Below, piece after piece: positions 51,901-61,020 of a DNA stretch of 64,000 nucleotides. This stretch comes from an uncultured Pseudobdellovibrionaceae bacterium (GTDB lineage: Bacteria; Bdellovibrionota; Bdellovibrionia; Bdellovibrionales; UBA1609): contig CAWDNU010000001.1 of assembly GCA_963803705.1 (NCBI GenBank), positions 646,785-710,784 on the forward strand, written 5' to 3'. Position 1 is the stretch's first letter, and each line of letters starts with the position of its first letter. A program made the position numbers and the translations under genes. The notes beneath the pieces are model-generated. The model did no database searches. It was given only the letters and a program-made list of their open reading frames with translations, and was not told the DNA's origin.

Positions 51901-52622
51901 CATTTGCTAAATACGTTGATTTGTTCGAATTACAAAATCGCGCGGAAATTACTGAAGAGGTAAAAGGCCTTCGCACCAAATTGAGCAAGATTGGCGAAGT
52001 GAATATCTCTGCCATTAGAGAGTATGAAGACATATCTGGCCGCTACACATTTTTAAGTGAACAACAAGAAGACCTTTTAAAAGCTAAAGATCAACTTAGA
52101 AAAGTGATCGACCGAATCAATCGCATATGTACCCGTAGATTCAGAGACACATTTGAAGCCGTTAACGAAAGGTTTACAAAAGTTTTTCCAGTTTTGTTCG
52201 GCGGTGGCGAAGCACGTTTAGTGCTGATTGAGACTGAAGACGATAATGAGCCCGGCATTGATATTATTTCAAAACCTCCTGGTAAAAAGATGCAAAATGT
52301 ATCTTTATTATCTGGCGGGGAAAAAGCTTTAACAGCCGTATCTTTAATATTTTCGATCTTTTTAGTAAAACCGTCCCCATTTTGTTTATTAGATGAAGTT
52401 GATGCTCCACTAGATGACGCTAACGTATTTAGGTTCAATGACCTTGTGAAAGAAATGGCTAAGCGCAGTCAAATCATTTTGGTCACGCATAACAAGAACA
52501 CCATGGCTGTGAACAACAAACTATATGGTGTGACTATGCAGGAAAAAGGCGTATCTAAAATGGTATCCGTGGATCTTGACGGTCAAGTGGAGCTCACCAA
52601 AGAAAATCCAATCAGCTTGTAG
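48987..52622 (+). CDS. smc: Chromosome segregation protein SMC
   Basis: GFKSF, GPNGCGKSN, coiled coils, hinge G-x6-G-x3-GG, LSGGEK, LDEVDAPLD. Confidence 0.97.
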   Translation: MRIKKLEICGFKSFKDRTVIHFDAGITGIVGPNGCGKSNIVDALVWVMGEMSAKHLRGSSMEDVIFAGSQDYAPMGMSEVSLTLENDGGPFPVQYLNHSEVMVTRRLHRAGDSEYLVNKEPARLRDIQEIFMDTGAGSRGFSIIEQGQIGKIITSKPSERRVLIEEAAGITKFKVRKKESERKLKATEQNLVRLADIVTELKRQLDSLQRQAEKAERFKKIKDEVTDKEMWLFSTQFKDLKIKLEAVIEEYGEAQIKEAGFEGHYQGLQSNWEDLKTQLSEKQTDIEDQQIEFKKTNQTLSELEKSIREAQFEIEQAKRSKKMTGDFLGQYQARQEALASEIETIEQNYSSAVEAAQQAEYEFNESQSSFDEAMVKIKASEVELTEKRKRLILLEQSQIGVSTRKESLNDKEQDLREEKARIELAQDDILNQKKEFEKRRNGIFKNLEAEKQLQLDMSKDLEVLKENIRIQDSHKSEKADVFERSKDELSKVSSLLFSLENLQKNMEGYGEGVKEMLQSNQNLGLKTLADVVDVPADVEHIFSSAVGVRIQSLVSPNLSEDQVIPLIQDLVRADKGKVSFLSNKTYSNTSEFNSLSGLTADLSKDPELSEPSLLSGVNTLFDLVVIQGAFEKALKPFLSQIFVVQDSKQADLILESRREALCVTTDGAVYDALGFITGGAVSGAEASLMQRKREIKELSDKKEKLEVQVNRLKNELDSLSASIVSMQTEIDSAKELTTSKEISLAGLRKDFEQAEYELKNVERSVEKQTIAFSEIADRWEKLTGELATLDKKQDEEQDEIETLNLSITTLDEEFQLVSEGIEDLRQKSLDAKIAFTSRNEQKESIKTALDKLEASIAEVEGEIELMASKAEASTSVMSENELLVEKQKIDLEKKILATEEISKKIATLKDQFEVIYIQEKEASEKVLKINLEKNQLLSKIKECFMEKEQIETKMEHLQQQSEEKYLKNLDDSFAKYVDLFELQNRAEITEEVKGLRTKLSKIGEVNISAIREYEDISGRYTFLSEQQEDLLKAKDQLRKVIDRINRICTRRFRDTFEAVNERFTKVFPVLFGGGEARLVLIETEDDNEPGIDIISKPPGKKMQNVSLLSGGEKALTAVSLIFSIFLVKPSPFCLLDEVDAPLDDANVFRFNDLVKEMAKRSQIILVTHNKNTMAVNNKLYGVTMQEKGVSKMVSVDLDGQVELTKENPISL

Positions 52623-52693
52623 CATTAATAATAAAAAATAATTAGGCAATTAGGTGAGTGTTTTCGAAGTCTTAGTCGGGGTTTCGAGTTCTT

Positions 52694-53224
52694 TCACTTA
52701 AACACTAAACTTAGTCCCACAACAGAAACAGTAAAGACAGTATCGAAAGCATCCGTATTACTTAAAGGAACAGAAATTCCAACAGAAGGAGTATAGTTTA
52801 TTGTATAGTAGTCATTTTTAAAAATTGGAAAACGTTTTCCTACGACACTTGTGACATAAACGGTGGATTCCGAACCATTGCCGAAAACGTCGGCGCTTGC
52901 ATAGGTCAACTGGGGTTTAACATAATACTTTTCGTTATGATCTGGAGCACCAAAGTTATAAACTCCTCCGATGGTAAGGCCGGTTCTAGTGATTAAATCA
53001 GCCTGCTTATCGTATTCAGCCCCAAATAGTATCTGCCAATCATTATCTAAAAACATTAAGTAGTTGCCTTTCAAATCAATACTTGTCTCGTCACTAAAAC
53101 TTATTAGTGCCTTAGAGCTGTGTAGTTCGACTTCATGAAAAGCGGCGAAACTTTCAAACGTAAATATACTTAAACTTAAGATGACAGCTAACCCTTTTGC
53201 AATTTTTTTGTAAGCTTTAAGCAT
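52694..53224 (-). CDS. Small outer-membrane beta-barrel protein
   Basis: Signal peptide, ~8 amphipathic strands, ends GLSLVFK. Confidence 0.6.
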   Translation of the reverse strand: MLKAYKKIAKGLAVILSLSIFTFESFAAFHEVELHSSKALISFSDETSIDLKGNYLMFLDNDWQILFGAEYDKQADLITRTGLTIGGVYNFGAPDHNEKYYVKPQLTYASADVFGNGSESTVYVTSVVGKRFPIFKNDYYTINYTPSVGISVPLSNTDAFDTVFTVSVVGLSLVFK

Positions 53225-53365
53225 TTAAAATTCCCCGCGATTTAACAATTATTTTCCACACCACAGTGGATTTCAAGCTCGATTATATCCTCCGTCAGTA
53301 AGAGATAAAGGACTAAAAACGTACAACTGGACAAAAGTCGTAGTAGGTTCTAAGTTCAAATCTCT

Positions 53366-54487
53366 ATGAGCGAGCTAAATCAAGATTTTTCAATGTTATT
53401 TATTTTTATAGTCTTTACTGTGTTTATGCTTTTTTGCACAGGTCTTTATTTCATTATCAGGACCTACAGCTCCAAAAGCCGTAGGCCCCAAGATCTAAAG
53501 CCTGGGACTGAAAAGCTAAAGGACCCTAAAGCCCCACAATTAGACATTAGGTCTGACGTGGACAGGGTATCTTTAAAGGACGCTCTTTCTAAATCCAGAA
53601 CTAACTTCTGGAGCCACCTAACCTTTTCTAACACAACAAACATAAACCAAATATTAGAGCAAATTGAAGAAGCTTTGTATCTAGGTGATGTAGGGCCTCA
53701 AACTGTTTCGTATTTAGTTGCTGAAGCCCAAAAGCATTTCTCTTCAGAAAAACTTAATGAAGAAAATCTGAAAGCTTTTTTAAAAAAAGAGATGGGCTCA
53801 ATTTTAGGTCATGGAATTATGAATCAAAGTGTTTACACTCAAATGAAAGAGTCTTTAAACGCAGCATCCGAAAGTTCTAAGCTTCATGTTTTAATGGTTG
53901 TCGGTGTGAATGGGGTTGGTAAAACTACAACTATCGGTAAGCTTGCTCAGAATTTAGCTAATGAAGGGAAAAAAGTTTTAATTGCTGCCGGTGATACTTT
54001 CAGGGCTGCAGCAGGTGAGCAGCTGAAAGTTTGGACTGATAAAGCTCAGGCTGAAATTTATTTTCCTGAAGGGGTAAAAGATCCCTCTGCAGTGGCCTTT
54101 GGTGCTGTTACTAAAGCCCTTTTTGATAATTTCGATGTTTGCATTATTGATACAGCTGGTCGCCTTCATACCCAGGATAATTTGATGGCCGAGCTTGAAA
54201 AAGTTAATAGGGTAATCGGAAAAGTTATGCCCAATGCGCCTCAACATAGATGGATTGTCTTAGATGCTAACTCTGGCCAAAATGCGCTGTTTCAAGCTAA
54301 GTCATTTCATCAAATTTTAAACTTGAACGGGGTCATTCTTACAAAACTCGACGGAACTGCTAAGGGCGGTATGGCACTTGCTGTTGCCAACGAGCTAAAT
54401 GTGCCCATACGTTTTATCGGCGTTGGTGAAAAATCCCAAGACTTAAGGCCGTTTGCTCAAAAAGAATTTGTCGAATCCCTAATTTAG
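53366..54487 (+). CDS. ftsY: Signal recognition particle receptor FtsY (N-terminal TM)
   Basis: GVNGVGKTTTIGK, DTFRAAA, DTAGRLH, TKLDGTAKGG. Confidence 0.96.
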   Translation: MSELNQDFSMLFIFIVFTVFMLFCTGLYFIIRTYSSKSRRPQDLKPGTEKLKDPKAPQLDIRSDVDRVSLKDALSKSRTNFWSHLTFSNTTNINQILEQIEEALYLGDVGPQTVSYLVAEAQKHFSSEKLNEENLKAFLKKEMGSILGHGIMNQSVYTQMKESLNAASESSKLHVLMVVGVNGVGKTTTIGKLAQNLANEGKKVLIAAGDTFRAAAGEQLKVWTDKAQAEIYFPEGVKDPSAVAFGAVTKALFDNFDVCIIDTAGRLHTQDNLMAELEKVNRVIGKVMPNAPQHRWIVLDANSGQNALFQAKSFHQILNLNGVILTKLDGTAKGGMALAVANELNVPIRFIGVGEKSQDLRPFAQKEFVESLI

Positions 54488-54492
54488 TCTAG

Positions 54493-54559
54493 GCAAAAGG
54501 TGCCAGGTTCCTAACGCTGGCTGCACTGCAGCCAGCATTAGGAACCTGGCACCTTTTGC
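54493..54559. repeat. 67-bp near-perfect palindrome (REP-like)
   Basis: 33-bp arms GCAAAAGGTGCCAGGTTCCTAAcGCTGGCTGCA / TGCAGCCAGCaTTAGGAACCTGGCACCTTTTGC, one mismatch, 1-nt centre. Confidence 0.9.
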
Positions 54560-54593
54560 GAGCCGGATGCAACTTAATGAAACAGATGCCACA

Positions 54594-54616
54594 AAAATAG
54601 GCGAAAGCCCTATTTT
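54594..54616 (+). terminator. Possible terminator hairpin with GAAA tetraloop
   Basis: AAAATAGGC-GAAA-GCCCTATTTT (one bulged C). Confidence 0.5.
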
Positions 54617-54768
54617 AGTTAGGCAAAAATGTGGTATATTGTTAACAAATAGTGAGAGAAACCGACTATTTATGTTATGTAAAGAAGTGATGGATGGCCG
54701 AACTTTCGGCTGCCTTGATATTTAAACAAATTTTAAAATTTAGTGTGACAGGAATACAGGCCAAAAAA

Positions 54769-55071
54769 ATGAGCAGCAGCCAAAACGTATCTCATATATA
54801 CGAAATCAAAATTGCCGGAGAGCAGCTGCGACTCAGATCTGACGAGCCTGAAGATAGAGTTCAAAAATTAGCCTCTTATGTAGATGCGCAAGTTTCCGAA
54901 CTTCATAAAGCATCTAATAACTTATCCTTAAAACAATCTTTGATATTGGTGTGCTTGGACCTAGCGGGACAAATACATGATTTAAAAAACCAATCCTTAG
55001 AATACATACAGGACCTTGAAAAAGACGCTTTAGAACTTAAAAAAGAATTCCAGTCCTCACTAAACTTATAG
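54769..55071 (+). CDS. zapA: Cell division protein ZapA
   Basis: EIKIAGEQLRL...VQKLASYVDAQV...LILVCLDLA then coiled coil; upstream of 5-FCL. Confidence 0.8.
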   Translation: MSSSQNVSHIYEIKIAGEQLRLRSDEPEDRVQKLASYVDAQVSELHKASNNLSLKQSLILVCLDLAGQIHDLKNQSLEYIQDLEKDALELKKEFQSSLNL

Positions 55072-55120
55072 TTATTTGGTCCGCAACTTTGCGGCTAAAA
55101 ACTTTAATTGTGAGTGTAAG

Positions 55121-55699
55121 ATGAGTATCGAGTTTACGAATTTGGTGGATAAAGAAAGCTTAAGAGCGTGGGTTAGGAAACAGTCTGTGCCTAGCGTTTC
55201 ATTCAGCTCAGATCATATTTGTAAATTTATAAAAGAATTCACGAAGCCCGGTGATCTTTGGGGGGCATTCAACAGTATTAAAAACGAACCTTCAGTGGAC
55301 TGGTCCAAGATTTCTGAATTAGGTCTAAATCTTTGTTTTCCTCGAGTGACGCCTGAAGGATTGCAGTTTTTCAGTTCGGATTCATTCGAATTAGGCTCAT
55401 TTAACATATTGGAACCTACCTCTAGTTCAAATCCTTTAGAAATAAGCTCGATTAAAGGTTTTTTTGTGCCAGGGTTAGTCTTCGACAACCGTGGCCAACG
55501 GCTGGGTCGTGGCAAAGCTTTTTACGATCAATTATTAAAACATGAGTCAGGCCTAAAGGTGGGCGTAACTTGGAGTAAATTTTTTATTCATGGGTCAATA
55601 CCTAATGATGATTGGGACGTACCTATGGACTTTATTTTGACAGAAAATTATATTTATCAACCCATAAACGCAGAACGGCTGACGTACACTGAGTTTTAA
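55121..55699 (+). CDS. 5-formyltetrahydrofolate cyclo-ligase
   Basis: K..LR, NEP, FPRV, ILEP, VPGLVFDNRGQRLGRGKAFYD, WDVPMD. Confidence 0.92.
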   Translation: MSIEFTNLVDKESLRAWVRKQSVPSVSFSSDHICKFIKEFTKPGDLWGAFNSIKNEPSVDWSKISELGLNLCFPRVTPEGLQFFSSDSFELGSFNILEPTSSSNPLEISSIKGFFVPGLVFDNRGQRLGRGKAFYDQLLKHESGLKVGVTWSKFFIHGSIPNDDWDVPMDFILTENYIYQPINAERLTYTEF

Positions 55700-55723
55700 T
55701 TTCGAAACAGTAAAGAGGAACAG

Positions 55724-57298
55724 ATGGAAACGGGTATTATAGTATTATTGGCGACCTCATGCTTTAGCATAGGTATTGTAGTAACGATTATTATTAAAGG
55801 CTTTATAGACAATAAGTTAAAGAGAAACGCAGAGCTTGAGGCTTCTAGAATCACTCAGCGGGCAGCTAGTGAAGCCGCAAGAATCGAACGTGAAGCAAAA
55901 ACCAGATCTAAGGACAATGAGAAACGCGCTCGAAGAAACGCCGATGACGAGATACAAAAAGAAAAAAGAAAGATTTCGCAAATAGAAGAGAGCTTCAAGC
56001 AAAAGCAGACAGAGCTAGAAAAAGAAAAGCAACGTTTAGTGCAAAGCTTTGAAGCCAAAGATCGAGCTGTTAAAAGCCGAGAGGAAATCACTAAAGTTGC
56101 AGAGAAAAAGTTAGAAGGCGCTCACGAGCGTTTAGAAAATAAAATTTCTGAAGTTACAGATAAACTTTCCAATTTGGCTTCGATGTCAAAGCAAGAAGCA
56201 AAAGACGTACTGTTAGAAAATATGAGAGAAGAGGCCAAACAAGAGTTCGCTAAAGAGTTTGCGACCTTAGAAGGCGAAACAAGAGAAAAGGCAGAAAGAC
56301 AATCAAAAAAAATAATAGGTTTAGCTATTGCTAGATATGCTGGTGAATACTCGGCAGAAAAAACAACGACAGTTTTGCCTTTGCCCAACGAAGAGATGAA
56401 GGGAAAAGTTATCGGCAAAGAGGGGCGAAACATCAGAGCCTTTGAATCCTTATGCGGGGTTGATTTGCTGCTAGATGAAGTGCCAGACTCTGTGGTTATT
56501 TCTGGCTTTGACCCCGTTAGACGAGAAGTTGCAAAAAAAACTTTGCTTTCGCTATTCGATGACGGAAGAGTACACCCTTCAAGTATCGAGCAAGCTCTTA
56601 ATAAATCAAAAAAAGAAATGTTTAGATCAATTCGTGAAGACGGCGAAAAGGCCTGCGACGAACTTGGCGTTACAGGCGTTAATCCGAAAATTCTAGATTT
56701 GGTGGGCAGTTTGAAATATAGAACGTCTTATACACAAAATAACTACACCCACGCAATTGAAGTAGGTTGGATCTGTGGCCTGCTTGCCGAGCAGATGAAT
56801 GAAGACGTGATGGAAGCCAGGCGTGCAGGGCTTTTACACGATATTGGCAAGGCCCTAGATCACAGCGTAGAGGGCAGCCACGCAGTTATTGGTGCCGATT
56901 TCGCTAAAAAGCACGGGGAAAAAGAGTCGATATGCCATGCAATTCGGTCACATCATGATGATGAAAAACCGATGACTGTGCTTTCCCATTTAGTAACTGC
57001 AGCGGACGCCATTAGTGGGGCCAGACCCGGTGCAAGAAAAGCTACCCAGGATGCTTATATAAAACGTCTAGAAGACCTAGAATCGATTGCAAATAGTTTC
57101 GATGGCGTGACAAGAACCTTTGCTTTACAAGCTGGACGAGAAGTTCGTGTTTTAGTGGATGGCGGTAAAGTGACAGATGAACAAGCTTTGATGATGTCTA
57201 AAGACATTGCCAGAAAAATTGAGAAAGAAATGAATTATCCTGGCCAGATCAAAGTGACAGTTATGCGCGAAGTACGTGCCATAGAACACGCTAGGTAA
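55724..57298 (+). CDS. rny: Ribonuclease Y
   Basis: N-terminal TM, coiled coil, KH (KGKVIGKEGRNIR), HD (GLLHDIGK), ADAISGARPGAR. Confidence 0.96.
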   Translation: METGIIVLLATSCFSIGIVVTIIIKGFIDNKLKRNAELEASRITQRAASEAARIEREAKTRSKDNEKRARRNADDEIQKEKRKISQIEESFKQKQTELEKEKQRLVQSFEAKDRAVKSREEITKVAEKKLEGAHERLENKISEVTDKLSNLASMSKQEAKDVLLENMREEAKQEFAKEFATLEGETREKAERQSKKIIGLAIARYAGEYSAEKTTTVLPLPNEEMKGKVIGKEGRNIRAFESLCGVDLLLDEVPDSVVISGFDPVRREVAKKTLLSLFDDGRVHPSSIEQALNKSKKEMFRSIREDGEKACDELGVTGVNPKILDLVGSLKYRTSYTQNNYTHAIEVGWICGLLAEQMNEDVMEARRAGLLHDIGKALDHSVEGSHAVIGADFAKKHGEKESICHAIRSHHDDEKPMTVLSHLVTAADAISGARPGARKATQDAYIKRLEDLESIANSFDGVTRTFALQAGREVRVLVDGGKVTDEQALMMSKDIARKIEKEMNYPGQIKVTVMREVRAIEHAR

Positions 57299-57415
57299 CC
57301 AATAACTCATTCCCCGATGTCGCTGCACCCTTAGTGTGTTGCGATGTGCCTTCGGGTTAGCTCCTATGGGAATTAATATTGAATATAGTCATTAATGATA
57401 AAATTAGGAACAGTA

Positions 57416-58642
57416 ATGAATAGTGCAACACCTAAAGAGCAGTTAGAACTTATTAGTTTCGGAGCGGTTGACGTCGTTTCCGAAACTGAATTTTTGAAAA
57501 AACTTGAAGAAAGTTACAAGACAAGAAAGCCGCTTCGAATTAAAGCTGGCTTTGATCCTTCCAGACCAGATTTGCACTTAGGGCACACTGTTTTGATGAA
57601 TAAGATGAAACAGTTTCAAGATTTTGGTCACCATATTATTTTTTTAATAGGTGATTTCACAGCATCTATCGGTGATCCCACGGGTAAAAACCAGACAAGA
57701 CCTGCTTTAACTCCTGAAGAGATAGAAGAAAACTCTAAGACCTACGCCGCTCAGGTCTTTAAGATCTTGGACGAATCTAAAACTGAAATTTCTTACAATA
57801 ATGAATGGTTTTCTAAGTTTACAGCCGCTGATTTTATCCGGTTATCTAGCCAGTACACAGTGGCTCGTATGCTAGAAAGGGACGACTTTGAAAAAAGATA
57901 TAGATCAAAACAGCCAATAAGTGTTCACGAATTTCTTTATCCCTTAGTACAAGGCTATGATTCTGTGGCGTTGAAAGCAGATGTTGAACTTGGTGGTACA
58001 GATCAGAAATTTAACTTACTTGTAGGGCGAGACATTCAAAAAGCTTACGGTTTACAGCCTCAGTGCATTTTAACAGTGCCCATCTTAGAGGGCACCGACG
58101 GCGTTCAGAAAATGTCCAAAAGCTTGGATAATTACATTGGTGTGGAAGATACACCTAAGGACATTTTTGGTAAAATTATGAGCATTTCAGATGTGATGAT
58201 GTTCAGATATTGGGAGCTTTTAACAGATATTAGCCCAAATGATTTGGCTCAAAAAAAATCCGATATTGAAGCAGGTAATCTGCATCCTAAAAAATTTAAA
58301 GAGGACTTAGCATATTTTTTTGTGAAAAGATTTTACTCTGAAGAGATTGCAAAAAACTCTTTTGATGAGTTTCAAAGAATTTTTGCTAAAGGCGGGCTGC
58401 CAGATGAGGTTCCGCAGAAAAACTTTCCAGAGGGTGAAATTTGGATTTGTAAATTTTTAGCTGATTTAAAAATGGTTACATCTACCAGCGAAGCTCGTCG
58501 AATGATTCAAGGAAATGCAGTAGAGATAGATGGAAGTAAAATCACAGATGCGCAACTTAAAATGAGCTTAAAGCACGGCTCTGAATTTTTAGTCAAAGTT
58601 GGTAAGAAAAAGTTCACAAATGTGAAAGTAAATAAGACATAA
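57416..58642 (+). CDS. tyrS: Tyrosine--tRNA ligase
   Basis: [35 protein letters not shown]-terminal S4 domain. Confidence 0.97.
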   Translation: MNSATPKEQLELISFGAVDVVSETEFLKKLEESYKTRKPLRIKAGFDPSRPDLHLGHTVLMNKMKQFQDFGHHIIFLIGDFTASIGDPTGKNQTRPALTPEEIEENSKTYAAQVFKILDESKTEISYNNEWFSKFTAADFIRLSSQYTVARMLERDDFEKRYRSKQPISVHEFLYPLVQGYDSVALKADVELGGTDQKFNLLVGRDIQKAYGLQPQCILTVPILEGTDGVQKMSKSLDNYIGVEDTPKDIFGKIMSISDVMMFRYWELLTDISPNDLAQKKSDIEAGNLHPKKFKEDLAYFFVKRFYSEEIAKNSFDEFQRIFAKGGLPDEVPQKNFPEGEIWICKFLADLKMVTSTSEARRMIQGNAVEIDGSKITDAQLKMSLKHGSEFLVKVGKKKFTNVKVNKT

Positions 58643-58710
58643 AACAATTCGGAACTGCTGGTTTAGCAATTGTTTACGAACCACCAAATAATTATAACTA
58701 CTAAAAGAAG

Positions 58711-59373
58711 ATGACTATGAAGATTAAATTTTTACCACAAGATGTTGAATTAGAAATAAATCCGGGTCAGTCGGTCTTAGATTTGGCCCAGCAGAACGAT
58801 TTACATATACAATCTGTATGTAAGGGAATTCCCTCTTGCGCAGAATGCAGAGTCTACATAAAAGAGGGTGAACACAACGTGATGCCGCCCCAAGCCAAAG
58901 AGCTTGAGCTGATTGGATCGGCTTACTTTGTAGATCAACGAAGGTTATCATGTCAGCTACGTTGCTTTGGCGATGTGATAGTAGACCTTACGGAACAAGT
59001 AGAAAAAGAAAATAAATCCACTAAAAATCCTCAAGGGCGTTATGTTAAGGAGCGCGACGATTCTCAGGCAAGAATGGGAAATGTTTTAGAAGAGCTTACC
59101 GAAGAAGAAAAAGAATATGAAAAAGAACTTGATGAAGAACGCAAAAAATCATTGGCCGATGGATCAAGCGAAAATCAGAGCACTAGAAAGGTTAAGATTG
59201 ATCAAGGTTCATTTTATAAAGTGAACGAGTCGCCTGTCAGAAATTCAAAAGCCAAAAGCAAAAATCAACAAGGTAAGAGCACTAATAAATCTGGTTCGAG
59301 TTCAAATAAAACTAAGCGAAATCGCAATAGAAGACGTAAAAAGAGTGGACCTAAGAAAACCACTGAATCCTAA
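58711..59373 (+). CDS. 2Fe-2S ferredoxin-domain protein with long charged C-terminal tail
   Basis: C-x5-C-x2-C (SVCKGIPSCAEC) and RLSCQ; acidic then very basic low-complexity tail. Confidence 0.85.
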   Translation: MTMKIKFLPQDVELEINPGQSVLDLAQQNDLHIQSVCKGIPSCAECRVYIKEGEHNVMPPQAKELELIGSAYFVDQRRLSCQLRCFGDVIVDLTEQVEKENKSTKNPQGRYVKERDDSQARMGNVLEELTEEEKEYEKELDEERKKSLADGSSENQSTRKVKIDQGSFYKVNESPVRNSKAKSKNQQGKSTNKSGSSSNKTKRNRNRRRKKSGPKKTTES

Positions 59374-59434
59374 CGTCTATTGATTGTTTAAAATTTTTTT
59401 AATGTAGCGAATCTATTCAGATTACAATTTATTT

Positions 59435-59761
59435 TTATACTGCGAAGCTTGATCCGCAACCACAGGTTTTAGTAGCATTGGGATTGGAAAAAACAAAACC
59501 CTGGCCATTCAATCCACCCTCATAATCTAAGGTCATGCCAATAAGGTAAAGCAGGCTTTCTTTATCTACGACCACTTTTATACCGTCGATCTCAAAATTC
59601 TTATCGTCATCCTTAAGTTCGCTATCAAAATCAAGCTTATAAGAAAAACCCGAACAACCGCCCTTTTTAACGAAGATGCGAAGAAAATCGTTAGTAGACT
59701 TGTTTTCAGAAGCCTTTAAAGATTTAATTTGTGAAGATGCATTTTCAGACACTTGGATCAT
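59435..59761 (-). CDS. iscA: HesB/IscA/ErpA A-type Fe-S carrier
   Basis: GGCSGFSY, NPNA..TCGCGSSF. Confidence 0.92.
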   Translation of the reverse strand: MIQVSENASSQIKSLKASENKSTNDFLRIFVKKGGCSGFSYKLDFDSELKDDDKNFEIDGIKVVVDKESLLYLIGMTLDYEGGLNGQGFVFSNPNATKTCGCGSSFAV

Positions 59762-59781
59762 TTTGAACTCCTAATATAGTA

Positions 59782-60912
59782 TTATACATGATTTTTAAGC
59801 TGATCTACAAATTTTTCTAAATCTTGTAATTTTGTACCACGTCCTAAGCCAATTCTTAAGGTGCGCTTCATTTGGCTTTCATCTAGGCCTATTGCATCTA
59901 AGGTAGGATTGATCTGGAGTTTCTGAGAGCCACAGGCAGCTCCTTGACTGATGCAAAAGCCGTTTAAAAGGCTCATTAAATTCACAGAATCATACTGTTC
60001 AGGTAAGGTTAAGCTTATATTTTGGTAAATCCTTTGAGAGCTGTCGCCATTAAATTTGCAATTTGTTATTGTTTTTTCAACTAGTTGTTTGAAAGCTTCA
60101 CTAAGTGTCTTAAAATGAGATTTATCAGTAGACCTTTGTTCAACGACAATTTCACAGGCAGCGCCTAAGCCTACTATACCAGGGACATTTAGCGTTCCAG
60201 AGCGAAGACCAAATTCTTGCCCACCGCCTGAAATTAGCGGTTGTAGCTGGTGCCCAATGCTTTCTTTTTTAAGAAAAAGCGCGCCCGTACCCTTCGGGCC
60301 ATACAATTTGTGTGCAGACAAAGACAGCATGTCAAAGTAGTGGTCTTTCACTGAAATAGATTCGGTCAAAACGGCCTGAGTAGCATCCACATGAAGTATG
60401 AAATCGTAATTTCGCCTTAGCTGTGATAATTTCTGAAGGTTGTATAAGCTACCTATTTCGTTATGGGCTAGTATTATCGATACAACTTTTAGTTTTGCCT
60501 TAGATTTTAAAGTTTGTTCTAGATCTTTTAAATTGATCAACCCATTAGATTGAACATTAATGAACAAAACCTTTGCCCCTTGCTTCTTGGTCCAGTTCGC
60601 TACTTCAAAAGTTGCTGCGTGCTCGATGTTGCTGGTGATCAGTAAAAGCTCTTTTTCGAAAACACCTTTCAAAGCTAAATTGATGGATTCTGTAGCCCCG
60701 CTCGTAAATATTATTTCTGAAGGGTCAGCCTGTATGAGTGCTGCCACTTGGTTTCTGGCGTTTTTTATAGCACCGGCAGTGGACCATGATTGAGAATGAA
60801 AAGCACTTGAAGGATTTCCATAACACTCGCTAAAGTAAGGCAGCATTGCCTTTAAAACCTTTGGGTGCACCGGTGTAGTTGCATTATGATCTAAATAAAT
60901 GACTCTTTGCAC
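59782..60912 (-). CDS. iscS: Cysteine desulfurase (IscS/NifS group I)
   Basis: YLDHNATTP, FTSGATES, HVDATQ, SAHKLYGPKG, RSGT.N, GAAC. Confidence 0.9.
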   Translation of the reverse strand: MQRVIYLDHNATTPVHPKVLKAMLPYFSECYGNPSSAFHSQSWSTAGAIKNARNQVAALIQADPSEIIFTSGATESINLALKGVFEKELLLITSNIEHAATFEVANWTKKQGAKVLFINVQSNGLINLKDLEQTLKSKAKLKVVSIILAHNEIGSLYNLQKLSQLRRNYDFILHVDATQAVLTESISVKDHYFDMLSLSAHKLYGPKGTGALFLKKESIGHQLQPLISGGGQEFGLRSGTLNVPGIVGLGAACEIVVEQRSTDKSHFKTLSEAFKQLVEKTITNCKFNGDSSQRIYQNISLTLPEQYDSVNLMSLLNGFCISQGAACGSQKLQINPTLDAIGLDESQMKRTLRIGLGRGTKLQDLEKFVDQLKNHV

Positions 60913-61020
60913 TTTTTAAGATTATATAATTCTTAAATCAAAGTCATCTTCTTAACCGATGATGGCAAGCTAGATTGTGGTTTAAGTTTTTGTTGCTAAA
61001 ACCATTTTAACAGGAGTTTT

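Noticed and set aside
57299..57415. T-box leader for tyrS
   Set aside because: Spacer too short; no GGTGGNACCGCG T-box or terminator
14928..60980. Sigma54 -24/-12 candidates near 14928, 36958 and 60963
   Set aside because: GG-to-GC spacing is off by at least one nucleotide in each case
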